A stretch of 64,000 nt of DNA from Thermoanaerobaculia bacterium (GTDB lineage: Bacteria > Acidobacteriota > Thermoanaerobaculia > Multivoradales > UBA5704). The position numbers and the translations under genes were made by a program. Positions 37,985 to 48,085 of the stretch are shown here, in pieces (within the stretch, counting starts at the first letter, position 1; the number at the start of each line of letters is the position of its first letter). Below the pieces are notes generated by a model that did no database searches, was not told the DNA's origin, and saw only the letters and a program-made list of their open reading frames with translations. The stretch is taken from positions 96,001 through 160,000 of the forward strand of contig JBGAGQ010000004.1 of assembly GCA_044226625.1 (NCBI GenBank). The letters run 5' to 3'.

Positions 37985-39577
37985 TCAGGGGCGGGGCAAG
38001 GGATCGAGCGCTTCGAACGCTCTCGCCAGCCAATCGTCCGGCGTCGGCCCCCAGTGGGTCATCCCGGGTACTTCCAGATAGGTGACGTGGGTGAAATCGT
38101 CGCGGCGCAGCTCCGCGTCGACCGCTCGGGTGGAAGCTCGGTTGTAGTCGCGTTCCCCGGTGATCAGGACCAGGCGGCCGCGCTCTCGGGCGAGGCGCAG
38201 CAGGTCGGTCGGGGGCTTGTGGAAAGGCGCGATCCAGCTCGCTCCGGGTTTGTCGGTGACCTGGAGGTCGCGGTACCAATCGACCCCCATGAACATCAAC
38301 CCACCACGGAAGACGTCGGGATAGAGGATCGACAGCGCGCTCGCGGCTCGGCTGCCGCCCGAATGACCGGCGATGTAGGTGCGGGCCGGGTCGATGGGAT
38401 AGAGGCGGCGCATCTGCTCGACCGCGTCGAGCGCGAGCCCCCACCGGTCCAGTCGGATCCTGTCGTTGCCGGAGCGGTCGGCGCCGATCCAGATCATCCG
38501 CCGCGCGGAAAGCACGCTTTCGAGCGTCGGTCCGGCGACCTGGGACAAGCCGCCGTATTCCCAGGGCGAAACCCAGACCATCAGGCCCCAGCCCTCCTTC
38601 GGTGGCTCCCCGGCGGGGACGGTGACCTGGAAGCTCTCGTCGGCGAGCCGATAGGAGAGCGCGCGCGGCGTTTCCGCGAGTACGCTCTTCCGGTCGAGGC
38701 CGGCGCGCCGCAGAACCTCCGGCAAGGCGCTCCAGGCCGACCGTTCCTCGAACGCCACCTTGTAGGTGCCGGAACGGCCGGCACGGGGCGCCTCCGCCGG
38801 CGCGGCGAGGCGCGCGGCGAGCGCCGGGGGGAGCTGTTCGCGGGTCGACTCCTCGGCGATCGGCGGGAGGGACCCGGCTTCGAGGGCCGCGAGGAACGAG
38901 TCGGCCGCGGCGGGCTCCCCTTTCTGTTCGAGCAGCAGGCGGAGCAGCTTTCGCAGCTCGCCGTCGTCCGGGGCGATGCGGAGCCCCGTTTCCACCGCCT
39001 CCACCGCCTTTCCGAGATCCCCTTCCAGATACCAGGTGCGGGCGATCGCGCGCAGGACCTCGGGGCGCTCCTTCCGCGGCAGCGTCCGGAGCGCTTTCTC
39101 GTATTCGTCTCGCGCGGCCGAGGTCTGCCCCTGGGCCAGGAGGGCGTTGGCCTTGGCCAACCAGGAATAGATGGTGTGGGGAACCTCGGCGCCTCCTGGG
39201 GTCGCCTCGGAGAGCGGCCGGAGCCGAAGCTGGACCACCTTGCCCGGCCCCTCCTCGGCGACGTCGACCCATCCTTCCGCGTCGATCCATCCCGCGGCTT
39301 GGACTGTCAGCCGCCAACGGCCGGCCGCGAGCCCCAGGAACGACCAGCGCCCGGCGGAATCGGTAGTCGCGGGCGGCGGCCCGGCGCCCTCTCCCTCGCC
39401 GATCCGAAGGGTCACCTTCGCGTTCGCGAGCGGCTTGCCGTCGGCGTCCAAGACCCTGCCGTTCGCCCGACCCAGACCGGCGGTCACCGGCCGCTTCTCT
39501 TCCGCCGCGGCTCCCGCCGCCGAGAGGACCCTCGAGACGAGCAGAAAGGCAATCCCGAGGCGACGGACGCGAGTCAT
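37985..39577 (-). CDS. Secreted protein: carboxypeptidase-regulatory-like domain, TPR, and alpha/beta-hydrolase (esterase) domain
   Basis: 'GRVLDADGKPLANAKV'; TPR helices; nucleophile elbow 'IAGHSGG'; 'GERDYN'; 'PGMTH'. Confidence 0.78.
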   Translation of the reverse strand: MTRVRRLGIAFLLVSRVLSAAGAAAEEKRPVTAGLGRANGRVLDADGKPLANAKVTLRIGEGEGAGPPPATTDSAGRWSFLGLAAGRWRLTVQAAGWIDAEGWVDVAEEGPGKVVQLRLRPLSEATPGGAEVPHTIYSWLAKANALLAQGQTSAARDEYEKALRTLPRKERPEVLRAIARTWYLEGDLGKAVEAVETGLRIAPDDGELRKLLRLLLEQKGEPAAADSFLAALEAGSLPPIAEESTREQLPPALAARLAAPAEAPRAGRSGTYKVAFEERSAWSALPEVLRRAGLDRKSVLAETPRALSYRLADESFQVTVPAGEPPKEGWGLMVWVSPWEYGGLSQVAGPTLESVLSARRMIWIGADRSGNDRIRLDRWGLALDAVEQMRRLYPIDPARTYIAGHSGGSRAASALSILYPDVFRGGLMFMGVDWYRDLQVTDKPGASWIAPFHKPPTDLLRLARERGRLVLITGERDYNRASTRAVDAELRRDDFTHVTYLEVPGMTHWGPTPDDWLARAFEALDPLPRP

Positions 39578-39716
39578 CCAGGGCATCACGCGATACGACG
39601 AAACGTCGGAACCCTCGAAAGTCGCCAAGGCACGCCCCCTCATCCGAAATCAGGAGGGAGGGTAGGACGTGCGGGCGCACGGGTCAATTCCGTTCGACCC
39701 GGACCTCTGGGCCGGC

Positions 39717-41189
39717 CTACGGCATGGCGGTGCCGCTCCCCTGCGCCCAGGCGAGGGCCGGATCCGAAGTCTTTTCCATCCGGGCGCGAAGACGCCCTCG
39801 CAGCTCGGCCAATACCCCGCCAAGGGCTGGGTCGCCGATTCGGTTGTGGGTCTCGGCCGGGTCGGCGCGGAGGTCGTAGAGCTCCTCCCCTCGGCGGGGG
39901 TCCTTCCAGACGATCAGCTTGTGCGCGGGGGTTCGGATCACGCGATAGGCGAGCCCGCCGAACTTTTCGCTCTTCTCGTCCGCCCACTCCGAGTAGGACT
40001 CCTCGATCCTCGAAGATCCTCCGATCGCGTCGACCAGATCGCGTCCGGGCCAGGTGAGAGGGACCGGCAGCCCGGCGAGACGGAGCAAGGTCGGAGGCAA
40101 GTCCATGCTGGAAACCGGAAGGTCGGACGCCATCCCCCGGGACCAGCCGGGGCCGTCGATCAGGAACGGCACGCGCAACGAGCTTTCGTAAGGCACCTGC
40201 TTGCCGTCCGCTCCGGAATCGGGACCTCCGAGCCCCCGCTCACCCATCATGTAGCCGTTGTCGCCCAAGAAGACGACGACCGTACGGTCCGCGAGTCCGG
40301 CCTTTCCGAGTGCCGCGAGGACGCGCCCGAGCTGTTCGTCGAGAAAGCTGACGGCTTCGTCGTAGTGGCGCCAGTCGTTCGCCTCGACGTCGGACGGGAA
40401 ACCGGGCGGCCGGAGCTCCATCTCGTTTCGGCCCGCGTACAGGGCCTCGATCCGCTCCGGATTGGGCTGGTAAGGAGTGTGCGGCGCCGTAAAGCCGAGC
40501 CAGAGGAGAAAGGGTCCCGACCGCGCCGTCTCGCCGCTCAGGAAGTCGATCGCGTCGTCGGCAAAGATCTCTTGGGTATAGCCAGGGATCTTCCGATGCG
40601 GCGGCTCCCGTTCGGCGCTCGGTCCCGAGACGAGCTCCGGATCCCGGAAATCGGATCCTCCCTCGGGCAGCCAGGTCCGCACCTCGGAAAACCCACACTC
40701 GCCAGGGGGCGCCGGAAGATGCCACTTGCCGACCAGCACGGTCCGGTACCCCGCGTCGCGGAGCAAGCCAGGCAACGTCGGCCGTCGGCAGAGCCGCTCG
40801 TCGCTTCCCGGTTCCTGGTAGCGGGTCGAATAGATGCCGTGGAGGAAAGCCGGCAGGCCGGTGATCAAGCTCGCGCGAACCGGATGGCATTGCGAGACCG
40901 AAACCGTGGCCTGCCGAAAATACACGCCCCGGCTCGCCATGGCGTCGAGCACGGGAGTAACGATCCAGGGATTCCCGGCGGCGCCCACGGCGTCCCAACG
41001 ATGATCGTCCGACAGGACGACGACGAGGTTCGGGCGACTCGAGAGCTCCCGGCCCCCGGCCGGTCCCGAGCTCCCCGTCGGTTCCGGAAGGTTCTGGACT
41101 GGCCTACCGTGGCCGGCGCTTTGGCACGCCCACGAGAGGGCGGCGCCCAAGAGCGCCGCGACGATCGATCCGCATCTTTTGGAAAACAT
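39717..41189 (-). CDS. Cys-type sulfatase, probable lipoprotein
   Basis: 'RPNLVVVLSDD', CxPxR 'CHPVRASLITG', 'GKWHL', 'GDNG'. Confidence 0.9.
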   Translation of the reverse strand: MFSKRCGSIVAALLGAALSWACQSAGHGRPVQNLPEPTGSSGPAGGRELSSRPNLVVVLSDDHRWDAVGAAGNPWIVTPVLDAMASRGVYFRQATVSVSQCHPVRASLITGLPAFLHGIYSTRYQEPGSDERLCRRPTLPGLLRDAGYRTVLVGKWHLPAPPGECGFSEVRTWLPEGGSDFRDPELVSGPSAEREPPHRKIPGYTQEIFADDAIDFLSGETARSGPFLLWLGFTAPHTPYQPNPERIEALYAGRNEMELRPPGFPSDVEANDWRHYDEAVSFLDEQLGRVLAALGKAGLADRTVVVFLGDNGYMMGERGLGGPDSGADGKQVPYESSLRVPFLIDGPGWSRGMASDLPVSSMDLPPTLLRLAGLPVPLTWPGRDLVDAIGGSSRIEESYSEWADEKSEKFGGLAYRVIRTPAHKLIVWKDPRRGEELYDLRADPAETHNRIGDPALGGVLAELRGRLRARMEKTSDPALAWAQGSGTAMP

Positions 41190-41211
41190 GCTCCTTCTAC
41201 GCGGTTCGGAA

Positions 41212-42381
41212 TCAGGCCGTCGCCCGTTTCTCCTCCCGTTCGAGCAACCGCGCTTTCCGTTCGGCTCCCCAGCGGTATCCGCCGCGGGCGCCGTCGCCGC
41301 GGACGACGCGGTGGCAAGGGATCACCAGGGCGGCCGGATTGTTGGCGCAGGCGGTTCCCACCGCGCGCGACGCTCCCGGGCTGCCGATCGCCGCGGCGAT
41401 CTCGCCGTAGGTCCGGGTCTCCCCGCGAGGGATCTTCCGAAGCTCGCGCCACACGCGGAAGGCGAACGCGCTCGCCCGCAGCGTGACGAGATCGAGGGGC
41501 AGCTCGGACAGATCGGCGCTCGCCCCTTCCAGCGCGGCGAGGACCGGCGCGACCCAGGCGCCGAGATCGGAATCGGCGCGATCGCTCTCGTCGACGATCT
41601 CCGCGTTGGGGTACTCCCGGCGCAGCTCGGCTTCGAGCTCCTCTCCCGAATCGCCTAGCGCCACCGCGGCGACGCCGCGTTCGGTGGCGGCGAGCAGCAC
41701 CCGTCCCAGGGTCGATTCGGCGATCGTGAATCGGAGACGGATCCCCTCTCCTCCCCGTCGATACGCGCCAGGGGGCATTCCGAGGCGGCCGTCCGCCTGC
41801 TCGTAGAGCCGGCTCGAGCCGCTGTAGCCGGCGTCGTACAGCGCTCCGGTGACGGATTCCGCCGAACGGAGGTTCCCCTTGAGCTTGGCGGCCCGCCGTG
41901 CGGCCAGGTACTCCCGCGGCGAGATTCCGGCGACGCGCAGGAACGTCCGTTGAAGGTGCGAAGGGCTCGAGCCGGTTTCGCTCGCGAGGCGGGCGAGCGT
42001 GGGGGGCTCGGCCTCCGAGTCTTCCGCGGCCCGATCGAGCAGGGCGCGCACCCGCTGCGTCAAATCGAGATCGCTCGCGACCTCACCCGGCCGGCAACGG
42101 AGGCAGGCGCGAAATCCCGCGGCGAGCGCATCCGAGGGCTCGGGGAAGAAGCTGACCCGCTCCCGAAGCGGCCGGCGGGAAGGACAGGAGGGGCGACAGA
42201 AAATGCCGGTCGACGAGACGGCGAAGACGAAGCGGCCGTCTTGCCCCCTGTCGCGGGCGACGACCGCCGACCAGGCGGCTTCCTCGTCGAGCGCGGCGGC
42301 ACGCGCCCCGGGCGTGGGCGATTTCTGGTTCGATTTCGGGTGCATCGGGCGGCTCATCGGTACGGCGGTCGAGTTCCACAT
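41212..42381 (-). CDS. ada: Bifunctional Ada transcriptional activator/O6-methylguanine-DNA methyltransferase
   Basis: 'CRPSC', 'FRACLRC', AraC-type HTH, 'IPCHRV'. Confidence 0.95.
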   Translation of the reverse strand: MWNSTAVPMSRPMHPKSNQKSPTPGARAAALDEEAAWSAVVARDRGQDGRFVFAVSSTGIFCRPSCPSRRPLRERVSFFPEPSDALAAGFRACLRCRPGEVASDLDLTQRVRALLDRAAEDSEAEPPTLARLASETGSSPSHLQRTFLRVAGISPREYLAARRAAKLKGNLRSAESVTGALYDAGYSGSSRLYEQADGRLGMPPGAYRRGGEGIRLRFTIAESTLGRVLLAATERGVAAVALGDSGEELEAELRREYPNAEIVDESDRADSDLGAWVAPVLAALEGASADLSELPLDLVTLRASAFAFRVWRELRKIPRGETRTYGEIAAAIGSPGASRAVGTACANNPAALVIPCHRVVRGDGARGGYRWGAERKARLLEREEKRATA

Positions 42382-42563
42382 GTCGGCGTCTCCTTAGATC
42401 CTGGCGCAGGATGCCGCGGAACGCCAAGGCGTCGCACTCCGAAACTTGTCGTCAAACCGCCAACCCCCGGAGGTGGTCCGATCACCGGCTCGACGGGCTA
42501 CCATTGTGCCGACGGCCTGCCGCGCGGACCCGTCCGCAGGGTGGCAGAGAAGGAGTCTCCAAC

Positions 42564-43589
42564 ATGAAGCCCCACCCCATCGGACTCATGGGGCTCGGGA
42601 GGATCGGACGCAACCTGGCCCGGATCCTCTACTCGAGCGACGAATTTCCCATCGCCGCGATCAGCGACATCGCCGATCACGCGGCGCTCGCCTATCTGCT
42701 CCGTTTCGACACGTTGCTGGGGGTCTTTCCGGAGCCGGTCTCCCTGGGCGCCGACGGCCGGCTCGATCTCGCCGGACGAAGCGTCCCGATGCTCTCGGGA
42801 GAGAAGCCGGGGGACGTCCCCTGGGGCGACCTCGGGGTCGAGACGGTGATCGAGGCGACCTCGAAATACCGTTCCCGGGGGGAGATCGAGAAGCACCTCG
42901 AGCGGGGCGCCAAGCGGGTCATCCTCTGCTCGCCGCCGGCCGATCCGCCGGACCTCACGGTCGTCGTCGGCGTCAACGACGGCGAGCTCCGCCGCGAGCA
43001 CCGGATCGTCTCGAACGCTTCCTCGACCGCCCATGCCGCGGCGCCGCTGCTCGAGATCCTCGGCGACGCGTTCGGCATCGAGCGGGCGTTCCTCTCGACC
43101 GTCCACGCCTTGAGCAACCGGCAACGTCTGGCCGACGTCCCCTCCGACGATCCGCGCCGCGGGCGCGCCGCGGCGGAGAACATCATCCCGCAGAGCAGCA
43201 ACTCGGCCGAGGTGCTGGTCGGCCTCCTCCCCTCGCTCGCCGGGAAGATCACGGGCATGGCGATGAACGTCCCGGTCGCGAACGGCTCGATCGTCGACCT
43301 CGTCTGTTGGCACGAAAAGCCGGTCACCGTGGCGGCGATCAACGACGCGCTGCGTTCGGCCGCCGCGAGCGAGCGTTGGCGGGGCATCTTGGCCTACGAA
43401 GAGGATCCGATCGTATCCTCCGACATCTTGAAGAGCACCTACTCCTCCACCTACGACTCGCTGCTCACCATGGTGCTGGGCGAGAAAGTCTCGAAAACCC
43501 TGGCCTGGTTCGACAACGGTTGGGGATACGCGCACCGGGTCATCGACCTGCTGCGCAAGTTCCGCGCGCTCGACGGCGAGGAAGGTTGA
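42564..43589 (+). CDS. GAPDH-like paralog lacking the catalytic cysteine (putative pseudoenzyme)
   Basis: Full GAPDH fold motifs (GLGRIGR, VIEAT, VVGVN, IVSSDI, WFDNGWGY) but NASSTAHA in place of NASCTTNC. Confidence 0.85.
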   Translation: MKPHPIGLMGLGRIGRNLARILYSSDEFPIAAISDIADHAALAYLLRFDTLLGVFPEPVSLGADGRLDLAGRSVPMLSGEKPGDVPWGDLGVETVIEATSKYRSRGEIEKHLERGAKRVILCSPPADPPDLTVVVGVNDGELRREHRIVSNASSTAHAAAPLLEILGDAFGIERAFLSTVHALSNRQRLADVPSDDPRRGRAAAENIIPQSSNSAEVLVGLLPSLAGKITGMAMNVPVANGSIVDLVCWHEKPVTVAAINDALRSAAASERWRGILAYEEDPIVSSDILKSTYSSTYDSLLTMVLGEKVSKTLAWFDNGWGYAHRVIDLLRKFRALDGEEG

Positions 43590-43594
43590 ACGAC

Positions 43595-44623
43595 ATGGAC
43601 AGCGCCACGCACCGCTCGCCCACCCGCATCGGTATCAACGGCTTCGGACGCATCGGCCGGAGCGTCTTTCGCATCCTCTCCGACCGCGAGGATCTCGAGG
43701 TGGTCGCGATCAACGACCTCTACGAGAACGAGCAGCTCGCCTATCTCTTGAAATATGACTCCCTGATGCGCACCTTCCCGCGCGCGGTGAAGACCGACGA
43801 CGATTTCCTCTACGTCGACGATCGGAAGATCGCGATGACCGCGGAAAAGGATCCGGCGCAGATTCCCTGGGCCGGGCTGGGCGTCGATCTGGTGATCGAG
43901 TCGTCGGGCGTCTTCACCAAACGGGAGAAGCTCGAGAAGCACCTGACGGCGGGAGCGAAGAAGGTGGTCCTCACCGTTCCGGCGAAGGACGAGATCGACG
44001 CCACGATCGTCGTCGGCGTGAACGACGACACGCTGCTCCCCTCGCACCGGATCGTCTCGAACGCCTCGTGCACCACCAACTGCCTGGCGCCGATCGCCAA
44101 GATCCTCGACGACTCGTTCGGCATCGTCGAAGGCTTCCTGACCACGGTGCACGCCTACACCAACGACCAGCGTCTCGCCGACGTCCCCCACAAGGATTTT
44201 CGCCGTAGCCGGGCGGCGACCCAGAACATCATCCCGACGACCACCGGCGCCGCGCGCGCGGTGGGAAAGGTCCTGCCGAAGCTCAAGGGCAAGCTCGACG
44301 GTCTCGCCATGCGCGTGCCGGTGCCCGACGGATCGACGATCGATTTCGTCTGCCGTCTGAACGCGAGGCCGAACGTCGCGGACGTCAACGCGGCGGTGCG
44401 GACGGCGGCCGAGGGCTCCTTCCTCCGGCTGGTCGAATACAGCGAGGTGCCTCTGGTTTCCTCCGACATCATCGGCAACCCGCACTCGTCGATCTTCGAC
44501 GCCCTCTCCACCCAGGCGACCGGCGACGGCTTCGCGAAGGTCGTCGCCTGGTACGACAACGAATGGGGCTATTCGAACCGCCTGGTCGACCTGATCGACC
44601 GGATGGTGGCGGTGGGAGGCTAG
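43595..44623 (+). CDS. gap: Type I glyceraldehyde-3-phosphate dehydrogenase
   Basis: GINGFGRIGR, NASCTTNCLAP, TTGAA, MRVP, WYDNEWGYS. Confidence 0.97.
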   Translation: MDSATHRSPTRIGINGFGRIGRSVFRILSDREDLEVVAINDLYENEQLAYLLKYDSLMRTFPRAVKTDDDFLYVDDRKIAMTAEKDPAQIPWAGLGVDLVIESSGVFTKREKLEKHLTAGAKKVVLTVPAKDEIDATIVVGVNDDTLLPSHRIVSNASCTTNCLAPIAKILDDSFGIVEGFLTTVHAYTNDQRLADVPHKDFRRSRAATQNIIPTTTGAARAVGKVLPKLKGKLDGLAMRVPVPDGSTIDFVCRLNARPNVADVNAAVRTAAEGSFLRLVEYSEVPLVSSDIIGNPHSSIFDALSTQATGDGFAKVVAWYDNEWGYSNRLVDLIDRMVAVGG

Positions 44624-44668
44624 CCGGCCGCCCACCGCGATGCCGGCCCGGCGCGGACTACGGCCGGC

Positions 44669-45235
44669 CTACCGCCGGGCGACCGAGGTGCCCGGCTTGG
44701 CGCCGCCGAGGAGCCGGATTTGCTCGTCGATCGCCTTCGTCAGTTGCGCGCCCGCGGAGGATCCCCAGTCAATCTGCTGGTGGGCGATGCGCCCCTTGCC
44801 GTCGATCACGAAGTAAGTGGGAAATCCCTGGACGCCGTACGCGCGGCGCAGCTTGCCCTCACCATCCCAAACCTGCGTAGCGGGTGAGGGGTTGGCTTCG
44901 AGGAACAGGCGAAGCGTCGCGAGCGTCTGGTCCCCGCTCACGGAGATCATCGTGAACTTCGCCGGGTCGTACCGCCGGACGATCGCGTCGAGCTGCGGCA
45001 ACGCCGCGCGGCATGGACCGCACCAGGTGGCCCAAAAGTCGAGCAGGACGACTTTTCCCGCCAAATCTTTGGCGTGAATCAGATGCCCGTCGACGGTCGC
45101 AAACTCGAGCGTCGGAGCCGGGATCAGGGCGGGGGCCGGGGCGGCGGCCGGTTCCGCGCCGCGCGCCTCCGCCGGCGTCACTCCCGCCCAGATCGCGAGC
45201 GTAGCGGCGAAGCAGGCGGCCGTGAGTGCTCTCAC
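44669..45235 (-). CDS. TlpA-family thiol-disulfide oxidoreductase
   Basis: Signal peptide; 'DFWATWCGPC'; 'GFPT'. Confidence 0.9.
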   Translation of the reverse strand: MRALTAACFAATLAIWAGVTPAEARGAEPAAAPAPALIPAPTLEFATVDGHLIHAKDLAGKVVLLDFWATWCGPCRAALPQLDAIVRRYDPAKFTMISVSGDQTLATLRLFLEANPSPATQVWDGEGKLRRAYGVQGFPTYFVIDGKGRIAHQQIDWGSSAGAQLTKAIDEQIRLLGGAKPGTSVARR

Positions 45236-45768
45236 GCCTTGCTCCGGCCGGCCGCGAGCTTGCCGAGCTCCGCCGTTATCGCCCGGTCGAGATCCGGTCC
45301 GTACCCGTCGCGCCAGCCGTAGAGGGTGTAGACCACTCGCCCCTCGGGATCGATCAACAGATGGGTCGGCAGGCCCTGGACGTTGAACTGCGCGCTCAGC
45401 TGACCTCGTCCGTCCCAGACCTGATGTGACATCGGCGGATGCTGGGTGAGGAAACGCCGCACCGGCTCCTCACTCGAGTCGGCGCTGATCGAGATCCGGG
45501 CGAACGGCTTACCGGAGAGGCGTTGGGTGATCGCCTCCACTTCCGGCCGCGATTTCGCGCAGTAGCCGCACCAGGTCGCCCAGAAATCGACCAGCACGAC
45601 CTTGCCGGCGAAATCCTTCGGACCGATCTCCTTGCCGTCGATCGTGCGGAACTGGAGCGTCGGGGCCGGGTAGGGCTGGACGGCCGAAGTCCGAGTCGGA
45701 GCGGCGTCCGCGGCGAAGGCCAGCAACGCGAGGCCGCAGGCGGCGAACAGGGCATAGATTCGTTTCAC
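45232..45768 (-). CDS. TlpA-family thiol-disulfide oxidoreductase (tandem paralog)
   Basis: Signal peptide; 'DFWATWCGYC'; 'GLPT'. Confidence 0.9.
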   Translation of the reverse strand: MKRIYALFAACGLALLAFAADAAPTRTSAVQPYPAPTLQFRTIDGKEIGPKDFAGKVVLVDFWATWCGYCAKSRPEVEAITQRLSGKPFARISISADSSEEPVRRFLTQHPPMSHQVWDGRGQLSAQFNVQGLPTHLLIDPEGRVVYTLYGWRDGYGPDLDRAITAELGKLAAGRSKA

Positions 45769-45969
45769 GATCTCTCCTTCGAGTCCCAACGGTCCGAGAG
45801 GCGGTCGGCCAAAGCGGCGTGTCTCGACCGAACGGCGGGCCAAGCTGCAAACCGCATGCACGGCTTTCGTGGCGGTGCTAGGCTCTACTCCCAACCCGAT
45901 CGAGAACCCTACCCTTCCCGGTCCAGCTCCTCCATCCCTCCCTTTCCTCTATCGAGGCAACGAGCGAAT

Positions 45970-47010
45970 ATGGCCGACGCACCCCGATTCCGGGTCCAAT
46001 CCCAGTTTCTACAGCAGGTCCGCGCCAGATTCGGCAAGCTGGCCCGATGGGTCCTGCTCCTCATCATCCCTCTCGTGCTGCTGCGCGCCTGCCTGGTCAC
46101 GTACGTACCGCCCGACCAGATCGGCGTCCGGCAGATCGCGTTCGGTGTGACCAAGGGCCTACAGAAGGAAGCGGTCTATCCCGGCTGGCGCCGCGAGGTT
46201 TCCGGCTTCGAGCGGATCGAGACCTTTCCCCGCAACATCCAGGTGGTCGAGTTCACCAACAACTCTCAAGAGACGTCGGAAGGCCATCGCCAGATGGCGG
46301 CGATCCGCGTGCCGACGGTGGACGGCTATCCGGTCGACATCGACGTGACGGTCCAGTTCCGGATCGCCGATCCGTATCTGGTCGTCTCGAAGTTCGGCTT
46401 CGGCAAGAACTACGAGGACGCCGCGGTGGTTCGCCTGACCGATCCGCTCGCCAAGCAATATCTCGGCGACTTGCTCGCCGAAGAGTTCTATAAGCACGCG
46501 CGCCTAAACAAGGTGAAGTCGCTCAAGGCCGCGCTCCAAGAGCGCCTGAAGGCGAACGGCCTGCACCTGGTCGACGTGCTGGTTCGCCAGTACGACTATC
46601 CCGAGACGTTCCAAACCCTCACCGAGCAGCGCAAGCTCCAAGATCAATCGGTCCTCACCAACCGCGAGCTCGCCAAGCAAGCGGAGGTGCAGACGCGGTT
46701 GAACCAGGTGATCGCCCAGGGACAGAACCTGGTCAACGTCGAGACGGCCAAATTCGAGGCGCAGATCACCGAGATCAACGCCAAGAAGGACCTCTACGAG
46801 CGGCAGAAGCACGCCGAGGCCGACCTGCTGGTCAAATCGGCGGAGGCGAGCGGGACCGAGGCGATCAACCGCGCGCTCGAAGGCTCGGGCTCGTCGAAGC
46901 TGCTGCGCCTGCGGCGCGGCCTTGCGCTCCTCGACGCGATTCATGGGCCGATCTACATCACCGAAGATCCGACCAACCTCGACAAATACGTCGGCGGGAA
47001 CCAGAAATGA
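45970..47010 (+). CDS. SPFH/band-7 domain protein with N-terminal TM
   Basis: TM, then 'VPPDQIGVR', 'TVDGYPVDIDVTVQFRI', and a coiled-coil tail. Confidence 0.85.
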   Translation: MADAPRFRVQSQFLQQVRARFGKLARWVLLLIIPLVLLRACLVTYVPPDQIGVRQIAFGVTKGLQKEAVYPGWRREVSGFERIETFPRNIQVVEFTNNSQETSEGHRQMAAIRVPTVDGYPVDIDVTVQFRIADPYLVVSKFGFGKNYEDAAVVRLTDPLAKQYLGDLLAEEFYKHARLNKVKSLKAALQERLKANGLHLVDVLVRQYDYPETFQTLTEQRKLQDQSVLTNRELAKQAEVQTRLNQVIAQGQNLVNVETAKFEAQITEINAKKDLYERQKHAEADLLVKSAEASGTEAINRALEGSGSSKLLRLRRGLALLDAIHGPIYITEDPTNLDKYVGGNQK

Positions 47011-48077
47011 AACGGCTCTCCAACCTCTCCGCCCGCCCGCTCGGCTCCGGTCTCGCGCTCGCCGCGCTGCTCCTCCCGCTCGCTCTGGCCGGTTGCGTTC
47101 CGTCCCATACCGGAGCCACGGAAGTCGGCGTTCGGTTCAACAAGCTCACCGGTAGCTATTCCGAATACCCTCCGGGCGCCACCTACTTCTTCGTCCCGGT
47201 CGTCGGGGACTGGCAGGTGTTCGACATCTCGCTCCGGAACCTCGCGATGACGGCCGACGCGAAGTCCGGCGACCGCACGGGCAAGGACGACCTGCGCTTC
47301 AAGACTCGGGACGGCAACGACATCGAGACCGACGTGACGATCCGCTGGCGCATCGATCCGACCAAGGCCGCCTACGTCTGGAAATTCGTCGCGGGCTCGA
47401 CCAACGAGGTCGAGGAGCGCCTGGTCCGGCCGCAGGCCAGGACCTACATCCGCGACGTGCTGAACCGGCTCGACTCCGAAGAGTTCTACAACCCGACCAA
47501 GCGGTTCGCTGCCGCCAACGATGCGACGCGAATCCTCGCCGCCCATCTAGAGCCATATGGCGTGTTGGTCGAACAGGTGCTGCTCGGCGACTTCCAGTTC
47601 AAGCCGGAGTATCAGGCGCTGATCAACAAGCGGAAAGAAGCCGAAAAGCAGGCCGAGAAACTCGAGTCCGAGATCAAGGCGACCGCCCAGTTGAATCAGG
47701 CGAACCTCCAGGCGAAGATCGCCGAGCTGACCGAGAAGCTCACGCGCGCGGACGGCGAATACCAGCAAGCCCAGAAGGCGGCCGACGCCTATCTCGTCCA
47801 GCGCCAACAAGAAGCGACCGCCACGCTCGCCGAAAAGAAGGCGACCGCCGAGGGAATCCGGCGCGAGCGCGATGCTCTGAACGGCAGCGCCGGCGACGCC
47901 TACGTCAACCTCCAGCTGATCGACGCGCTGCGCAAGAAAGAGCTGCGGCAGATTCCGAAGCTCCCCGGCGGCAACACGATCATCGACGGCAACCGGCTGC
48001 TCGAACAGCTCGGCCTGATCCGCTACGCGGAGCGTGCCGAAAGCGCGGCGACCGAGAGCTCGGAGCCGCCACGATAG
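47007..48077 (+). CDS. SPFH/prohibitin-like lipoprotein
   Basis: Lipobox LAGC; 'TEVGVRFNK', 'TRDGNDIETDVTIRWRI'; coiled-coil; ATGA overlap with the upstream gene. Confidence 0.85.
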   Translation: MKRLSNLSARPLGSGLALAALLLPLALAGCVPSHTGATEVGVRFNKLTGSYSEYPPGATYFFVPVVGDWQVFDISLRNLAMTADAKSGDRTGKDDLRFKTRDGNDIETDVTIRWRIDPTKAAYVWKFVAGSTNEVEERLVRPQARTYIRDVLNRLDSEEFYNPTKRFAAANDATRILAAHLEPYGVLVEQVLLGDFQFKPEYQALINKRKEAEKQAEKLESEIKATAQLNQANLQAKIAELTEKLTRADGEYQQAQKAADAYLVQRQQEATATLAEKKATAEGIRRERDALNGSAGDAYVNLQLIDALRKKELRQIPKLPGGNTIIDGNRLLEQLGLIRYAERAESAATESSEPPR

Positions 48078-48085
48078 GCACCGCC

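Noticed and set aside
42564-43589. Annotation as epd (erythrose-4-phosphate dehydrogenase) or as a pseudogene
   Set aside because: Epd retains the catalytic Cys; the ORF is intact with an RBS and normal codon usage, so it does not look decayed.
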